From: Macrostomum hystrix
Taxonomy: Eukaryota > Animalia > Platyhelminthes
Direction of reading: 5' to 3'
Assembly: GCA_950097015.1 (NCBI GenBank)
Contig: CATNEN010000024.1
Span: 4,278,001-4,342,000 of the forward strand
Length of the DNA stretch: 64,000 nucleotides
Below the pieces are notes generated by a model, which was not told where the DNA came from, searched no databases, and saw nothing but the letters and a program-made list of their open reading frames with translations. Numbering within the stretch: position 1 is the first letter of the stretch; the number at the start of each line of letters is the position of its first letter. The translations under genes were made by a program, and so were the position numbers. This document shows, piece after piece, positions 46,981 through 59,765 of the stretch.

Positions 46981-49900
46981 GACATCATGCGCATTGCGTT
47001 GCGTAAAAGTGTGGGTCCACAGTTTCGTAATAAGTTAAAAAGACCTGATTTCGCAAAAATCTTTAAAAGAAGAAAATACCAAATAGGTAACTAAAAAGCC
47101 TTTTGAAACTGAATAAAAAATGCACATAAAAGTGCTATTTTGTAACGTAAAAAGTCTTGCGTCCTGCAAAAATCTTCTATGGTGACTTTTTGGAGCCGTG
47201 AAGTGAAAAAACGTGCACATTTTTAAAGCTCTTGAACTTACTTTTTGAGTGGATATTTTGAAAATCAGCACTTTATAAATTGTATAACAAAATATAATTG
47301 AAGAAAGAAATAAGTTGCTTCAAAAACTGAATTAAAATAATTTTTAAATAATCAAATTGTACATTTCAGTCGTTCTGTTTCATATGGCTTCTACAAGAAA
47401 ATCAAATTCAAATCGGCTATGTTAACAGTAGCATTCGAAATTTTTGTCGTACGGCAAATTTGACATAAAAATTTCAAAGCAACTTAACCAAGCAATCACT
47501 ATCTAAATCTGAATTTTTTTCAAGCCTTTAATCTGTAGCTATTATATTCGCTTTTTACTCTATATATTAGTATCCTACCTTATAAATACTTGTTTTACAA
47601 TATATTGTATTCTACAAGTACAAGTTTTACTTGTAAATAATTCAATTGTTACATAGGCCTATTTTACATTGTAAGTGTAAGCTTATAGTTTTCTTTTAAA
47701 TACTAACTGATGTATAGTATTTGAATAATATTTTATTATTCAAACATTCTTTACTTTTATAAGGCGTAGATAATTAAGCAGAAGTGTTTATGTATTAAAC
47801 GAGATTCTTAGCAGTTTAATGCAATAATGCAGTTTTTAGATTGATAGTTGCTGAATTTTTACCAAACCAAAGCTCTTGAAATGCACCATTTGCATTTTTG
47901 CAATTAATTGCCTTTTGGCGATTTATAGTGCAATTTGGGCTGCAATGGCTGCAGAATTATTATAAGCAAAGCACTTATACAAAACAAACCATTTGACTGT
48001 TTGGCAATTAACTGCCTTTAGGCAATAACTACTGTGAGATTAGTTAAATGCTCAATGCTTTTTGTTTTAGGCATGGCAGTACTTTTCTCTCAACATTGAT
48101 TTGGATATTGATTGATTGATTTGATTTGTTTTGCATTTTTAAAGATACTATGTCTAATTATGGACTTGGCTAAATAATTAGCCTAGGCCTACCTAATGTT
48201 GGGTAACTTGTATTGAATGGCAAAGCATTTCACTGCAAAGGCATATCTTGTGGTTTCACGTACCTGTGGGTGTTAAAATATACATTTAAAATGCTTAATT
48301 TAGTGGAAAATCTCATTTTAATATAAAGACACAGTGAACAGAATCCGAGTGTAAAAAAGTTTTTAAAACCTAATTATGTTGTTAATTATAAGACTATTTT
48401 TACAGAAATTTTCAATTTATTAAGGTAGCATGTTCACTTTCAACTTTGTAAATTTATTACCATTGCTAGCTATTCTACTTAGCCCATTTGTAGAAGAACT
48501 AATAAACAAGATTTAGTTTTTTTATCTAATTTTAAATATATTTATTACTTGGTATTTTTCTACCAATAGCATAAATTGTATTGTTCAGATTTTCATCTTT
48601 AGAATTCCTAATCCAAATATACAGAATGTCCAAGATTTTCTATTATGAGTATTATTTATTGGACCTTAGTATATGATATTAATAAAGTGGCTCACTTTGA
48701 TTTTTAAATCTATTTAATAGAACTTTGTGATAAAAAAAATTAATGAATGGTAAATTATAATCAATTAGGTCTAGTCACACAGGACATCTGTAACTAAAAA
48801 AACTTAGCATCTAAGTAGTTTACAATAGTTTAGCATTTTTAGGGTTTTATGTGTTGCAAAACTGTTTGCTTTCTACAGTATTTGGCTTAGGGCTGTATCC
48901 ATAATTGGAAACAATAAGCTTCTAGATATGTACATTAGAGACATATCTAGTATGTCTCTAATGTCTCTAGCTGTAACAAAAGAAAGAGCTTGTTACAGCT
49001 GGTGGTGTGTCTATGACGGATTTCACGATCTACTTCAAATTAAAAATAAGACTTCCTGACTTCAGCAATCCTGCCAAAACGAAGAAAATGAACGCAACTC
49101 ACAAGATCTGCGATCTGCGATTTGATCTGCAAATTCCAAGATCGAACAACAGATATCTACTTGAGTTAGAATTTAGTGATTTTAGAGACTTGTCAACATA
49201 TATATTTGTTTCTTGGAGTCAATCGATACAAAATACAACACAAAGTCATTGTCAAAATAATGAATATAAAATACGAAAATAAATCAACAAGGAAAAAACA
49301 AGCACTATTTTTAATCTGCACAAGGCATGCTGTCCACAAAGAATGACTATTATGCAATTTAAAAGTACACAAGAAAAACCTTAAAAAATAAAGATTCGTC
49401 CAATTCATAACTGCAATAAGGCGGAAGGCCTTTTTGTTTACGAGTTGGAGTGGCAGCAAAGTTTGTGTGCTGCATTGCATGTATATTTATATACAACACG
49501 AGAGCAAGATAGAGGGGTCTAGGGAGGTGCGAACTGGTGGCGTGACTTCATACCCCGGCTTAGCAAGCTGGCTGGCTGGGTGCACCAACCCCCACCTCAA
49601 CTAGACTGAGGTTGAGGGGTTTTGGGTGCGGCTGCACTGGCGCTGGCTGGTCGCGTGTTGACTCTCCGCCACAGCAAAGTATTATTCTTTTAGTTTCGAC
49701 AACAAAAAGAAATTCTCGTAGTGGAAAGTTCCAAGGCAAGGATGAAATGCAAAGATACATTTCTACACATTGCCATCATTTTGAAGAAATAAGCATATTG
49801 GCAGGAGTAAGTCATGAAATAAAATCTTATTGTTGACACTTAGAAGCAATAACCAAAGCACAGGCACAAACTTTGTGTTGTAGGGCTAATTTAATCTTAC

Positions 49901-50433
49901 TGTTATCACCAAAGTTGTTCTAGTGCTTCTTTATATTATATTTACTGTTCCAATGTTATTATCAAAATTGTTATAGGATTGTCACACAATATTTAATATC
50001 CGATTGCTGTTATCAAAGTGGTTATTAACCTTTCTTATAATTTAATGCAATATGAAGCTTTTAACTCTTAATGGTAGCGTATTTTAAGTCTGAATTGGTA
50101 GCGTTTTATATATATAGTAACCAAGTTCTAATAATAAGGATTAGAGCAAAGAGGCTAGCTAAGGAAAATGCTGTATACTTCATAAATATATAAATACTAG
50201 CTTTTTTTGCCCGTTGTTTTTGGGGCAGAAATTTAAAGCAAAGCAGTAAGCAATTCACGTCTCTGCAATCACTTTATAGTGACGGTCACCATTTATTTAT
50301 TTACTGCATTAATGAAAAGTGAAGAGTTTGTTTAAGGGCGTTTTAAGTAAAAAATTAGTGAAAAGTTTGTCCAAACAGCCCCCTCTTGATTACTTCTTTA
50401 GAAACATGTCTCTTAGCCACTCCTCTATACAGT

Positions 50434-50658
50434 CAGTGGCAGATCCAGGAATTTTGTTTTGGGGCGGTCTGTCAGGGGAGCGCCATGAGAATCACGGAGG
50501 GGGTGCCAGCGGCCGAAAAAGGGCGCCAGGAGCCAAGAAAGGGCGCCAGCGGCTGAAAAAGTGCTGCGACTGACGCCCCTGGTGGGGGCATCTTATTCCC
50601 ATGATTAAAATTTTGGGGGGGGCGACTGCCCCCCGCCCCCCCCCTAAATCTGCCTCTG
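50434..50658. mobile_element. hAT-type MITE (225 bp) nested in the Helitron
   Basis: Imperfect TIRs cagtggcagatcc / cagaggcagattt; 8-bp TSD tatacagt at 50426-50433 and 50659-50666. Confidence 0.85.
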
Positions 50659-50810
50659 TATACAGTATGCATGTACACGCGTATACATAAGGAAAATAGC
50701 TATGGCATAACAATAACAATGTCAAAGAAACAAAATTAAACTGTTTCAGAGTTCAGAGTTAGACAGGTCAAGGTCAATTCGTGACTACTTTTCTATTAAT
50801 TGCTTGCGAG

Positions 50811-51470
50811 TCACCTCAAGGCCTGGGGATACACCACATTCTTCGTTCTTCCCCTTGGTGCGAAAATGAATAGGCCAGCTGGAGTTCCAACACGGGAGCA
50901 GGCGACATAAAGCTGCCCATGCGAGAAGCAAGGAGTCTCCAGGTTGATGCCAGCCACCTTCAGCGACTGTCCCTGAGCCTTGTTAATAGTCATCGCAAAG
51001 CACACTCTCACAGGGAACTGCAGTCGCTTGAACTGAAATGGCAGGTCCGTGGGGATAATTGGAATCCGGGGAACGAACACAGACTCTCCTCTGCCAGATC
51101 CAGTCATTATCGTGGCCTCAATCACGTGTGGGAAGAGCCGCCTGACTATCAGTCTGGTGCCGTTACACAGCATTGGCGCATTCAGGTTGCGGAGGAGCAT
51201 AATTGGTGCCCCAACTTTCAGCTGCAAGTTGTGCGATGGAGTTCCAGGAGGATCTAGAGAGTTCAGAAACTCAACAGGATACTCCACAGCGGTGTCATCA
51301 GTCAACGTTGTATCAATTGACTTGTAGGTGAAAACTGCACCTGGCAACTCCTGAAGCAGTTGGTAGTTAATTTCGTTGGCGGCATCATTTCTAGGACACA
51401 GAATTGCCCTCTCTGACAGCCAGTCAACGTCAGCATATCGAGAGAAATAGGCTGGCTGGAGAGAAATATC
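50811..51470 (-). pseudogene. Helitron PIF1-like helicase C-terminal fragment (no Rep domain or N-terminal helicase motifs)
   Basis: WLSERAILCPRN, LKVGAPIMLLRNL..LCNGTRL, FPVRVCFAMTINKAQGQS, FSHGQLYVACSRV, TKNVVYPQAL*. Confidence 0.93.
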
Positions 51471-52726
51471 AACCGGAGAGCCCTGCGCACTGGGACGCCA
51501 CCGCACTCACCGCACTCAGTCTCAGTGCTGCTTGGGGGCCAGTAGACAGTCTAGGGGTTTGGGCTGTGTACATTCACGGCTTGAAATACAATGTAAAGTC
51601 TGGGGCTTCGGCACCCGGGGAAGGGAGGGGGTGGCTGTAATAAAATTTGGCCCGCAGAGTGGCGGAGGGGAGTTGGGGTGGCTGTCCTCGGAAAACAAAA
51701 AGTGACTCACTTTGAGATGATGCAGCTTTGCTCTGGATTGAGTAGAGATGTTCAAAATTGACAGCATTGTTGGAAAACATGTAAAGTGTAAGTGGATCAA
51801 ATTTGGAGAAAATCTGACAAAGTGGGGCGACGATATGTCGAATTGAGTGATTTTTTGACGATTTTTGAGCAGTTTTTTGCACTTTTGAGCAGGAAGGAAA
51901 TGATTTTTCTGGAATTTGAGTAGCCTATTGCACTCAGCGTAGGTGGTTTTAGGTATGTGCAAAGTTTGGTGCGATTTGGTTGAGCGGTTTCGGCGTCTAT
52001 AAAGACAAAAGGTTGCACACACACACACACACACACACAGACAGACAGACAGAGTTTTCACTTTTATATATATAGATTTGTAGAAATTGATTTATTAGGC
52101 CTAGTCTAAGTGCTAATTAGACAATAAAAACAATTGAAGTATGTAGCTAAATATTTTGAAAAGCCTACTCCTAACATTTACCAAACTAGTGTTTAGCATT
52201 AAGAAAGTATATTTGCCTCTTTAAATTGCACTTTTTGTTGTTGTGATTTGGAATCACATTAACAACAATTATAACACAGCTGTTTTTAATAACAAAATGA
52301 ATAAAAAAAATACACAAAGGAAGAAAAAAAATTAACCAATCCATTTTAGATTTAAGACTATAAATGATTATAATGTTAAAGTTAGAAGCATTATATTTCT
52401 ATAGGGCCTATGCTTTGTTTTTATAATAATAATATAGATAATATGATATTTAAGCCTAACTATCTTTGTTTGTTCCTTTTTAAGCAGCTATAACAGTGTA
52501 ATATGACAATATAATATGGTGCCTAGAAAATGTAGTGTCCTAGTTGTGCCACTATCAGTAGGCCTAGGCCTATTTGATATCATTGGATGAGATGCCTAAG
52601 CAACAAGATAAGCAAAGGCAAATTAGCAGTTTTGTTATTGACAAAGTTAATAGTACTAGGTGTACAGGTGGATAGTAGCATGGCCAATATAGCATTGGGG
52701 CCTAGTCAGTAAAATTAGTAAAATTT

Positions 52727-52895
52727 TACACCACTTCACACCTCTTCAGATGCAATGCCAGGCCTACGGAGATCACGTTAGAAAACCTCTGGACTGATCC
52801 TGTTAAGGCCGCCACCTTCCTGAGACTACCGACGAGCGAGGTAGAGTGTGAGCGTCCCGAACTAGCCTAAAGGAAGGCTACAACATACAACACAT
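52727..52895 (+). mobile_element. Extremely 5'-truncated non-LTR retrotransposon 3' end
   Basis: Frame gives YTTSHLFRCNARPTEITLENLWTDPVKAATFLRL..* (HLFxC..LW..P..A.FL C-terminus), followed by a ggctacaacatacaacac tail. Confidence 0.7.
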
Positions 52896-55620
52896 TGCTA
52901 ATCCGGGCTTCATCTCGCTGCTTTTATATATTTTTTGTTAATTAAAAGTAAAGTACTTGTCTTCGTTCCTCGAACCCAGTTTCTGTTTAAGGCAGTGTTT
53001 TCACAGTGTACTGTTTGAGCACTCTTAAGTACTCGTACTCTGGTACTCTTTAAAGGCGTAGCAATAGAGTACTCTGGTATTCATTTAAAGTGCGTACTTT
53101 GAAGTGGGCGAGTACTTTTTAAAGTGCAACGCATTTCAGTCTGTCATCATCAATCCTAATTTTGTACTATATGAAAGTGTCAATAATCGCTGGTACATTA
53201 GTACATTCTCGCAACGTAAAATTAGTAGATTTATTATATGCATTTTAAAGATACGTTGCTTAGGAAATAACAGATATGTTATCAGTCCCATTAATTATAC
53301 CCTACGTACTGAAGTAACACAACATAATATATATGGTAACGTTGCTTGATGGCACTGCTAATGTGTGTGTCTGCCCATTCGTGTTGTTGCATGTACAAAA
53401 CAAGTGCTGCTTGGATAAATCTTTCCTTTAATTATGTTTTACGTTTTTTGACAGATGGGCATAGATAGATAGGTAGATAGATCTCATACTGTCTCTCTCA
53501 CTCTCCGATTCTCCGCGCTCCCTCCCGCTGTTTTAATTTTGTTTATTTTGTTCCCTAATAAAAACAAAAATTCACCCTCTCCCTCCATATGTGGGTCCCA
53601 CATTCGGCTGTCAGTCAGTCAAGGAGATATTAGCGCTCATCAAGATTTTGATACAGGAGTCAATGATGCAGTAGTCTGCTCTATTAAAGTGCTTCAGTGA
53701 GTATCCTCAGTACCAAGGCCGCTAAGTTTTGGAATATTTATTAAGTTTTTTGTTCATTTTATTGGGTGACATGATCAGAAGTAAAAAATAATTTCGAAAT
53801 ATTGAGCAATTAATGCACTTCGACCTGCTAAGGTGGCACACCTTCAATCTAGTTTCAAGTGAAAGTTCACGTTTTATGTATCAAATAAGCATGCAATGCG
53901 AAATTGGCGATCAGGCTTGGACCAACCCGCAAACAAACTGATCGACACCATATGAATTACGGGCCAAGGCTAAAAGCTAAATACAGCCATTTTAATCAGT
54001 TTATATCCGGGATCCAGCACAGTATGCTAGCTGTGTGCATTTCTATTCATTGGCCACAATAACACATCGACGATCAAAGCGCGGAGTAGAGGGTAATATT
54101 TTTTGTCACTAACAATCATGAATTAATACTTGTAATTAATAAACAATTCACACAGTGAACTAGTCTCGACACCGGTATTTCACAGCTCAGTCCATTCCAC
54201 TGGTCTAGTCTGAGCTAATTTAACAGATTTGTACATTTTGCTGGTACACACATATGCGCTTTCCCATCGTCAGACAGTGACACTTCCTGTGCATTTGTGG
54301 CCTAACTTGGTTACTTGCTGATTTGCCTGCCAAAATGGTGTTAGCTGCACAACAATGCACCAATCGTATTCTAACAGTAGAAAGACAATGCTATATTCCC
54401 CCCTGGGGAAAGACCACTGGGATATTTCAAATACCCCCTGCCTACTCCACGATAGATCCCAAACCGAATGACCGATCTCCGTGAAAGTCCACCATATGGG
54501 TTACGATGAACTAACTTTCAAAGCCGTCCGAGTCAGCATCGTCAAGATATTTGTTGTTTCAAAAAAAAATTAATTATCAATAGTCAAGAAAATAGAATCA
54601 GCAATAACAACCGACATGGCTTACGTGATGAAATTTCATGAGAAGAAAAATTAAGCCTATACTGATGGCTCGATGTCGATATTTTGCAATTCTGGATGTT
54701 GTTTCATCGGATAGTGCGGACAATTTTGAATTCGAGAGATTCAAAGAAAAAAATGTGGGTATTTGAAATGCCCGCTCATTTTAGTAAAGTATGATTTGAA
54801 TGTTGCTATACATTTTCTCATTCCTTCATTCATGACTGTTCTATTCTACTCGGACTGAGTATTCGCATTTAAAATGTGTTAGAATGCGAAATTGTCAATT
54901 TCAGTGGGCAGCCCACATTCACTGAAAAATTCATGAGGTAAAACATTTAAGGCGCTTAATAAATGTAAGAAAGCCTTAAACAAATTTGTTTGTTTAACGT
55001 GATTAGTGTCTTCTCCAGGCAGTTAGCGTGGCTTGGGTTAGTAGATGTGCACAAACAGCCAAAACACGATACAGCTTAGCTGCATTGGCAAAGCGTTTGC
55101 CTAACTGACACGGACTGGCCGACTGGCCCTCTGCGAAGCGAAATTCTGAAAGCAGCTTTTAATTTTTGTGTGAATCATCTGACTCCGCGTTCAAAGAGCA
55201 AAACTATTGCAATGCATTTTGGCTGTTACAAGATGAACTTCCATTTTAGCCTCTAGATTTCTTTGCTAGTCAGTTTTCCTGTTAGCTTATCTTCTCTTGT
55301 CCCAATGACTGTTTCGCGTGTCAATTAGCAATTTTGTTTTTATCAGTTATACCTGCCGATTTAGCCAGACATTCACCTCACAAATGCAGCCTATGGTACA
55401 TTGCGCGGCGCATCTCAAAGCTGCGTACAGCTAGCTGTTGAGTCCATGGACTGAGGTGGCGCCACACTTACCATCAGTGACCCAAAATTATGTTGGTACC
55501 AATTTAGCAGCCGGGTTAACTGTTTGTTCACAGTTCACTGCCACTTTTATTCACGAATTGCTCCAGTGAAGATGGGAATCGAACCCCCGACCTTTAAGTC
55601 GAGAGTCCGATGCTTTAACA

Positions 55621-56679
55621 CAGGGGTCGGCAAACTTATTAGCAAGCGGGCCAAAAAGAGAACCTAAAAGACGACAGCGGGCCGCGCAGACTGTAGAAAT
55701 CTAAGAGAAATATATCAGAGATAGGGAAGAGATGAGAAACAGGAGAGATGAGAGAGAGAAGAGATGAGACACGAGAGAGATGAGACAAAGGAGAGATAAG
55801 GTACGGGAGAGACGAGACAATGGCGAGATGAGACACGGGAGAGACGAGACATGGGAGAGATGACTTACGGGAGAGATGAGACACGGGAGAGATAAGACAC
55901 AGGAGAGGTGAGACAAAGGAGAGACAAGACACGGGAGAGACGAGACAATGGCGAGATGAGACACTGGATAGATGAGACACGGGAGAGACGAGACATGGGA
56001 GAGATGACTTACGGGAGAGATGAGACACGGGAGAGATAAGGCACAGGAGAGGTGAGACAAAGGAGAGACAAGACACGGGAGAGACGAGACAATGGATAGA
56101 TGAGACACGGGAGAGACGAGACATGGGAGAGATGACTTACGGGAGAGATGAGACACGGGAGAGATAAGACACAGGAGAGGTGAGACAAAGGAGAGACAAG
56201 ACACGGGAGAGACGAGACAATGGCGAGATGAGACACTGGATAGATGAGACACGGGAGAGACGAGACATGGGAGAGATGACTTACGGGAGAGATGAGACAC
56301 GGGAGAGATAAGGCACAGGAGAGGTGAGACAAAGGAGAGACAAGACACGGGAGAGACGAGACAATGGATAGATGAGACACGGGAGAGACGAGACATGCGA
56401 GAGATGACTTACGGGAGAGATGAGACACGGGAGAGATAAGACACAGGAGAGGTGAGACAAAGGAGAGATAAGACACGGGAGAGACGAGACAATAGAGAGA
56501 TAAGACACGGGAGAGGTGACACACAGGAGAGATGAGACAGGGGGAAAGGCGACACACGGGAGAGGTGAGGCAGGGGAAAGATGAAACTGTATACAATAGG
56601 TGCCGGAAGGGGCAACGGGCCGGATTTGGGAGCTTTGAGGGCCGCATCTGGCCCGCGGGCCGGAGCTTGCCGACCCCTG
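55621..56679. mobile_element. hAT-type non-autonomous element (1059 bp) carrying an internal minisatellite
   Basis: TIR caggggtcggcaa(a/g)ct, 15/16 match; 8-bp TSD ctttaaca at 55613-55620 and 56680-56687. Confidence 0.92.
55725..56580. repeat. 16-bp minisatellite (gggagagatgagacac) with higher-order structure
   Basis: Variant tgactt at 55861, 56005, 56133, 56277, 56405 (spacing 144, 128, 144, 128). Confidence 0.93.
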
Positions 56680-57501
56680 CTTTAACAGCTGTGCTGCAGC
56701 CCCATGTCAGAAACTCTAATATGCTACCCATTCTGTGGACCCATGAGAACGGGGAATTCACAAGGGGATTATGTCCCCAAAGCTCGCGATTCTCACATAA
56801 TCGCTGTTTTTCTTAGCATAAATGGAAAAGGCTTACTTTCAGTTTTCGGAAACAAGAAAAATGTAAAATTTGAACTCAACTCCGAAATATCCTTCTAATT
56901 AGCATAGCTGCTGTGGTTGCAGCATTAGAGTGTGCAAATTAGGAAAGATATGTAAGGCTCTGTGAGTGTTTCTGTACATTTATTGCTCTGTGCTTCAGTT
57001 TCAGCTCGATAAGATTTACAAGTGAACAGCTTGGGAAAAACACGGAAGATGGCGCCGAATACCACTCAGGCAGATTTTTAAGCCTTCAGCACAAAAAACT
57101 GTCGCTGACTGACGCGTCATTGGTATTTGGTCAGTGGGACTCCAGTTGGGTATGTGATTAAGAAGATGCAGCCCTAGACGAAACAGCGACTAATAAATGA
57201 TCTCGAATGAGGTGACTGGACGAAGGATACCTTAGTTGGCATTCGACGGGGATTCTCAGGATGAAAAGATTGCAGGAATTTAAGGAAAATGTATGCAGCT
57301 TTTAGTTGGATCTTGCTTCTCTTGGATTTGTGAGCTCTGAGAAGTTTAAACTGCCTAAATAGCGCGCATCATAATATGCTAAGAGGGATACATAAAGAGC
57401 ACGAAAATACTTGGACACTCAACAAGAATTCATATGTGAAAAAGCCCAACCAGTCAACTAAAATAGTGAACTCCATACAGAATTCGATCATCCGTAGTTA
57501 G

Positions 57502-58086
57502 TCACAGGAGCTGGCATTTCTCGCGCCATCGATTCTTGTCCGGCCTCGGCGGCGACGTGATGAGGCGCACTGCCTCGGCGAAGACGGCCCTCAGGCCAGC
57601 CTGGGTCAGCGCCGAGCACTCCACGTAGCCGGCAGCGCCGATTCTCTTGGCCAGGTCCGTGCCCTCCACACTGCGGACGAAGCAGCTGCTGCAGTTGCCG
57701 ACACCACCAGCCTCGCAGGCGGCATCTCGCAGGTCCTTCTTGGTGCCGACTAGCAGGATCGGCACGCCAGGGCTGTAGTGCTGCAGCTCCGGCTTCCACT
57801 TGCTGGCCACATTGTCGAAGCTGACGCGGCTGCTGAGGGAGAAGCAGAGCATGAAGAGGCTAGAGTGCGGGTAGCTCAGCGGGCGCACCCGGTCGTAGTC
57901 TGTCTGGCCGGCAGTGTCCCAGAAGCTCATCTCCACCAGCCGGCCGTTGACCATCTCCTTGGTGGTGCTGGAGTCGAACACGGTTGGCACGTAGTCTGTG
58001 GGAAAGCAGTTGCTAACGTAGGAGATTAGCATGGCAGTCTTGCCGACCGCGCCGTCGCCAACGACGACAACTTTGTAAGAGTCCAT
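57502..58086 (-). CDS. Intronless divergent Rac/RhoG-like Rho-family GTPase, 194 aa
   Basis: G1 GDGAVGKT, switch I YVPTVFD, G3 WDTAGQ, G4 TKKD, G5 CSAL, CAAX CQLL; W56 is Rac-type. Confidence 0.95.
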   Translation of the reverse strand: MDSYKVVVVGDGAVGKTAMLISYVSNCFPTDYVPTVFDSSTTKEMVNGRLVEMSFWDTAGQTDYDRVRPLSYPHSSLFMLCFSLSSRVSFDNVASKWKPELQHYSPGVPILLVGTKKDLRDAACEAGGVGNCSSCFVRSVEGTDLAKRIGAAGYVECSALTQAGLRAVFAEAVRLITSPPRPDKNRWREKCQLL

Positions 58087-59765
58087 CGACTGACTGCTCT
58101 ATATATAATTTCTATTCTGCTATTGATGCTGGCGCTCTGTCAATGCAAGGTGTCAGCATATCCTGCTAGGACTATGAAATTGATTCTTTATCAGTTGCTT
58201 TAACTGGCGCTTTACACAAATATTCTATTTAACAAACCACCCGCTCTTATTGGTGCCAGGGACCAATGGCTGGCACAAATTCTATTATAATTAGGCCGCG
58301 TGTTTCAACACACCACCAAAGTGTTCAAGTGTCTAAATGAGCCAGTTTAAGCCAATCGTCAGGTCAGAAGCCCGAGCGCTGGAAAGACTCGCAAGGTTCT
58401 GTGTTTTCTGAATTTAGCATCGCAAGAATCTATTTTTAGAAGTTCTGGGGAACTTCTCAGTCTAGTGAAAATGTTCTTTTTCCTTTCTTTTTGATTAGCG
58501 TACAGGTAATTAGAGAGGTCTCAAATGTATATTCAGTACGACAACCGCTTCAGAAATGAATGCGCTGGAACTGCAGTGACTTCCTTGGGTTCTGGGTGTT
58601 GCATGATCTCAATCTAGCAAAATCTTATCGTTAAGTTTATAAACTTGCCAGGTAATTTTCATTTACGTGCTTAAACGCGCGACACCCAAAGCTCTAGCGT
58701 ATGAAAGCGGTAGCTCAGTGTCTCATTGCTGTGGAGTCGTGGTTCATGCAGCGCATCGCAAGACGAACCTATAAACAAGTGAGGATCAATTGCATCATTT
58801 AAGCCCACCTGCAGATGTCCAATCAGAGGACTCACCTGGTCGTTATGCAGGCCAGCTACAACAGGCACTCGTGAGTTCAGGCTGAATCCCTGAAGCTTTT
58901 TCAGCTATTCTTGGACGCAGCGGTGACTAAGACTAAGGACAGTTAGGCAAACGCATTTTGAATCGAGGTGCAGTTCCACCATCGGTCTTTCCGAATGTAC
59001 ATACGTATTTGTCTTGGGAAATTTTTCCCACAGCAACTGGGCGCCTAGAGCGAGCGTGAGAATAGAGCCTAGAGCGGGCGTCATTTTTGAAACTGCTGGA
59101 TGGGGTACAAGTCCATGAAAATGGGGTTACTACTTTTAAGTTTGATGACCAATTTCGGGTATTATTTCGCAATGAAAAAAAACACAGCTTACTAGTTGTC
59201 TCATTACTTGTAATATCTCGTTTACCAATATCACGTTACATTTTTAAAAAGTCATTGTGGCACATTTCGGACTGCAAATTGTTTTCGGAACAACCATTTT
59301 TGGCTGCTATCCGCTTCCACTCGACAGGAGCTGGCCTCTTTATCAAGCTTCTACAATAGCATAGCAGGATTGTGCCCGCACTGTTTATTAAAAGCAATGG
59401 CGAAGGCAGTCGATATAATATGCTCGTATAGAGACAGGCGAGCTTCCTTAAGTGCAAAGGCGCAGCCCCCTGAGACTCGGAGACCTGCTGGGCACCCTCT
59501 GGGAGTCGACATCTGCTCCACTCTATTTCAGAGGGCAAGTCGATATTTAGCTGGAATTTATTGCGAACTTGAATGCCTGATTTGCGCCAGTTGATAAGCT
59601 CAGTGTTTGCAGCAATACCTAAGAGCACTTTTTTCTTAACAAAAAGTTTCTTTGTGAGTACTTGTTTTATCACGTTGATTATAGATTTTTAAGCATTTAT
59701 TTAATTCAATCGAGAAAAAAAAATTTGGCGCTAAAAATCTTATTTTTAGCAGTTGTAAAGCAGTC

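Larger units (their letters stand above)
50197..52076 (-). mobile_element. Complete non-autonomous Helitron (1880 bp), internally deleted
   Basis: Minus strand: 5' TCTATATATATAAAA plus (TCTG)n(TG)n; 3' small hairpin gccc..gggc then CTAG; flanked by A (52077) and T (50196); retains a helicase fragment. Confidence 0.88.
55390..56702 (-). mobile_element. SINE family B copy split in its A-box by a hAT MITE
   Basis: Removing 55621-56679 and one TSD restores ggggctgcagcacagctgttaaagcatcggactctcgacttaaaggtcgggggttcgattccc, then ggtacc, gtgtggcg, cagtccatggact. Confidence 0.8.

Noticed and set aside
45200-47070. Kolobok-type element bounded by TTAA sites
   Set aside because: Candidate ends (ttaaagacac at about 45208 versus tctttaa or gctttaa) do not form convincing TIRs
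58671-58868. Dual-specificity phosphatase-like exon (IDPHLFIGS)
   Set aside because: Single short motif, no catalytic HCxxGxxR exon nearby, no consistent splice model
59236-59673. 145-aa minus-strand ORF
   Set aside because: TTG/GTG-type start in AT-rich sequence, no recognisable domain, lies in the ceramidase upstream region
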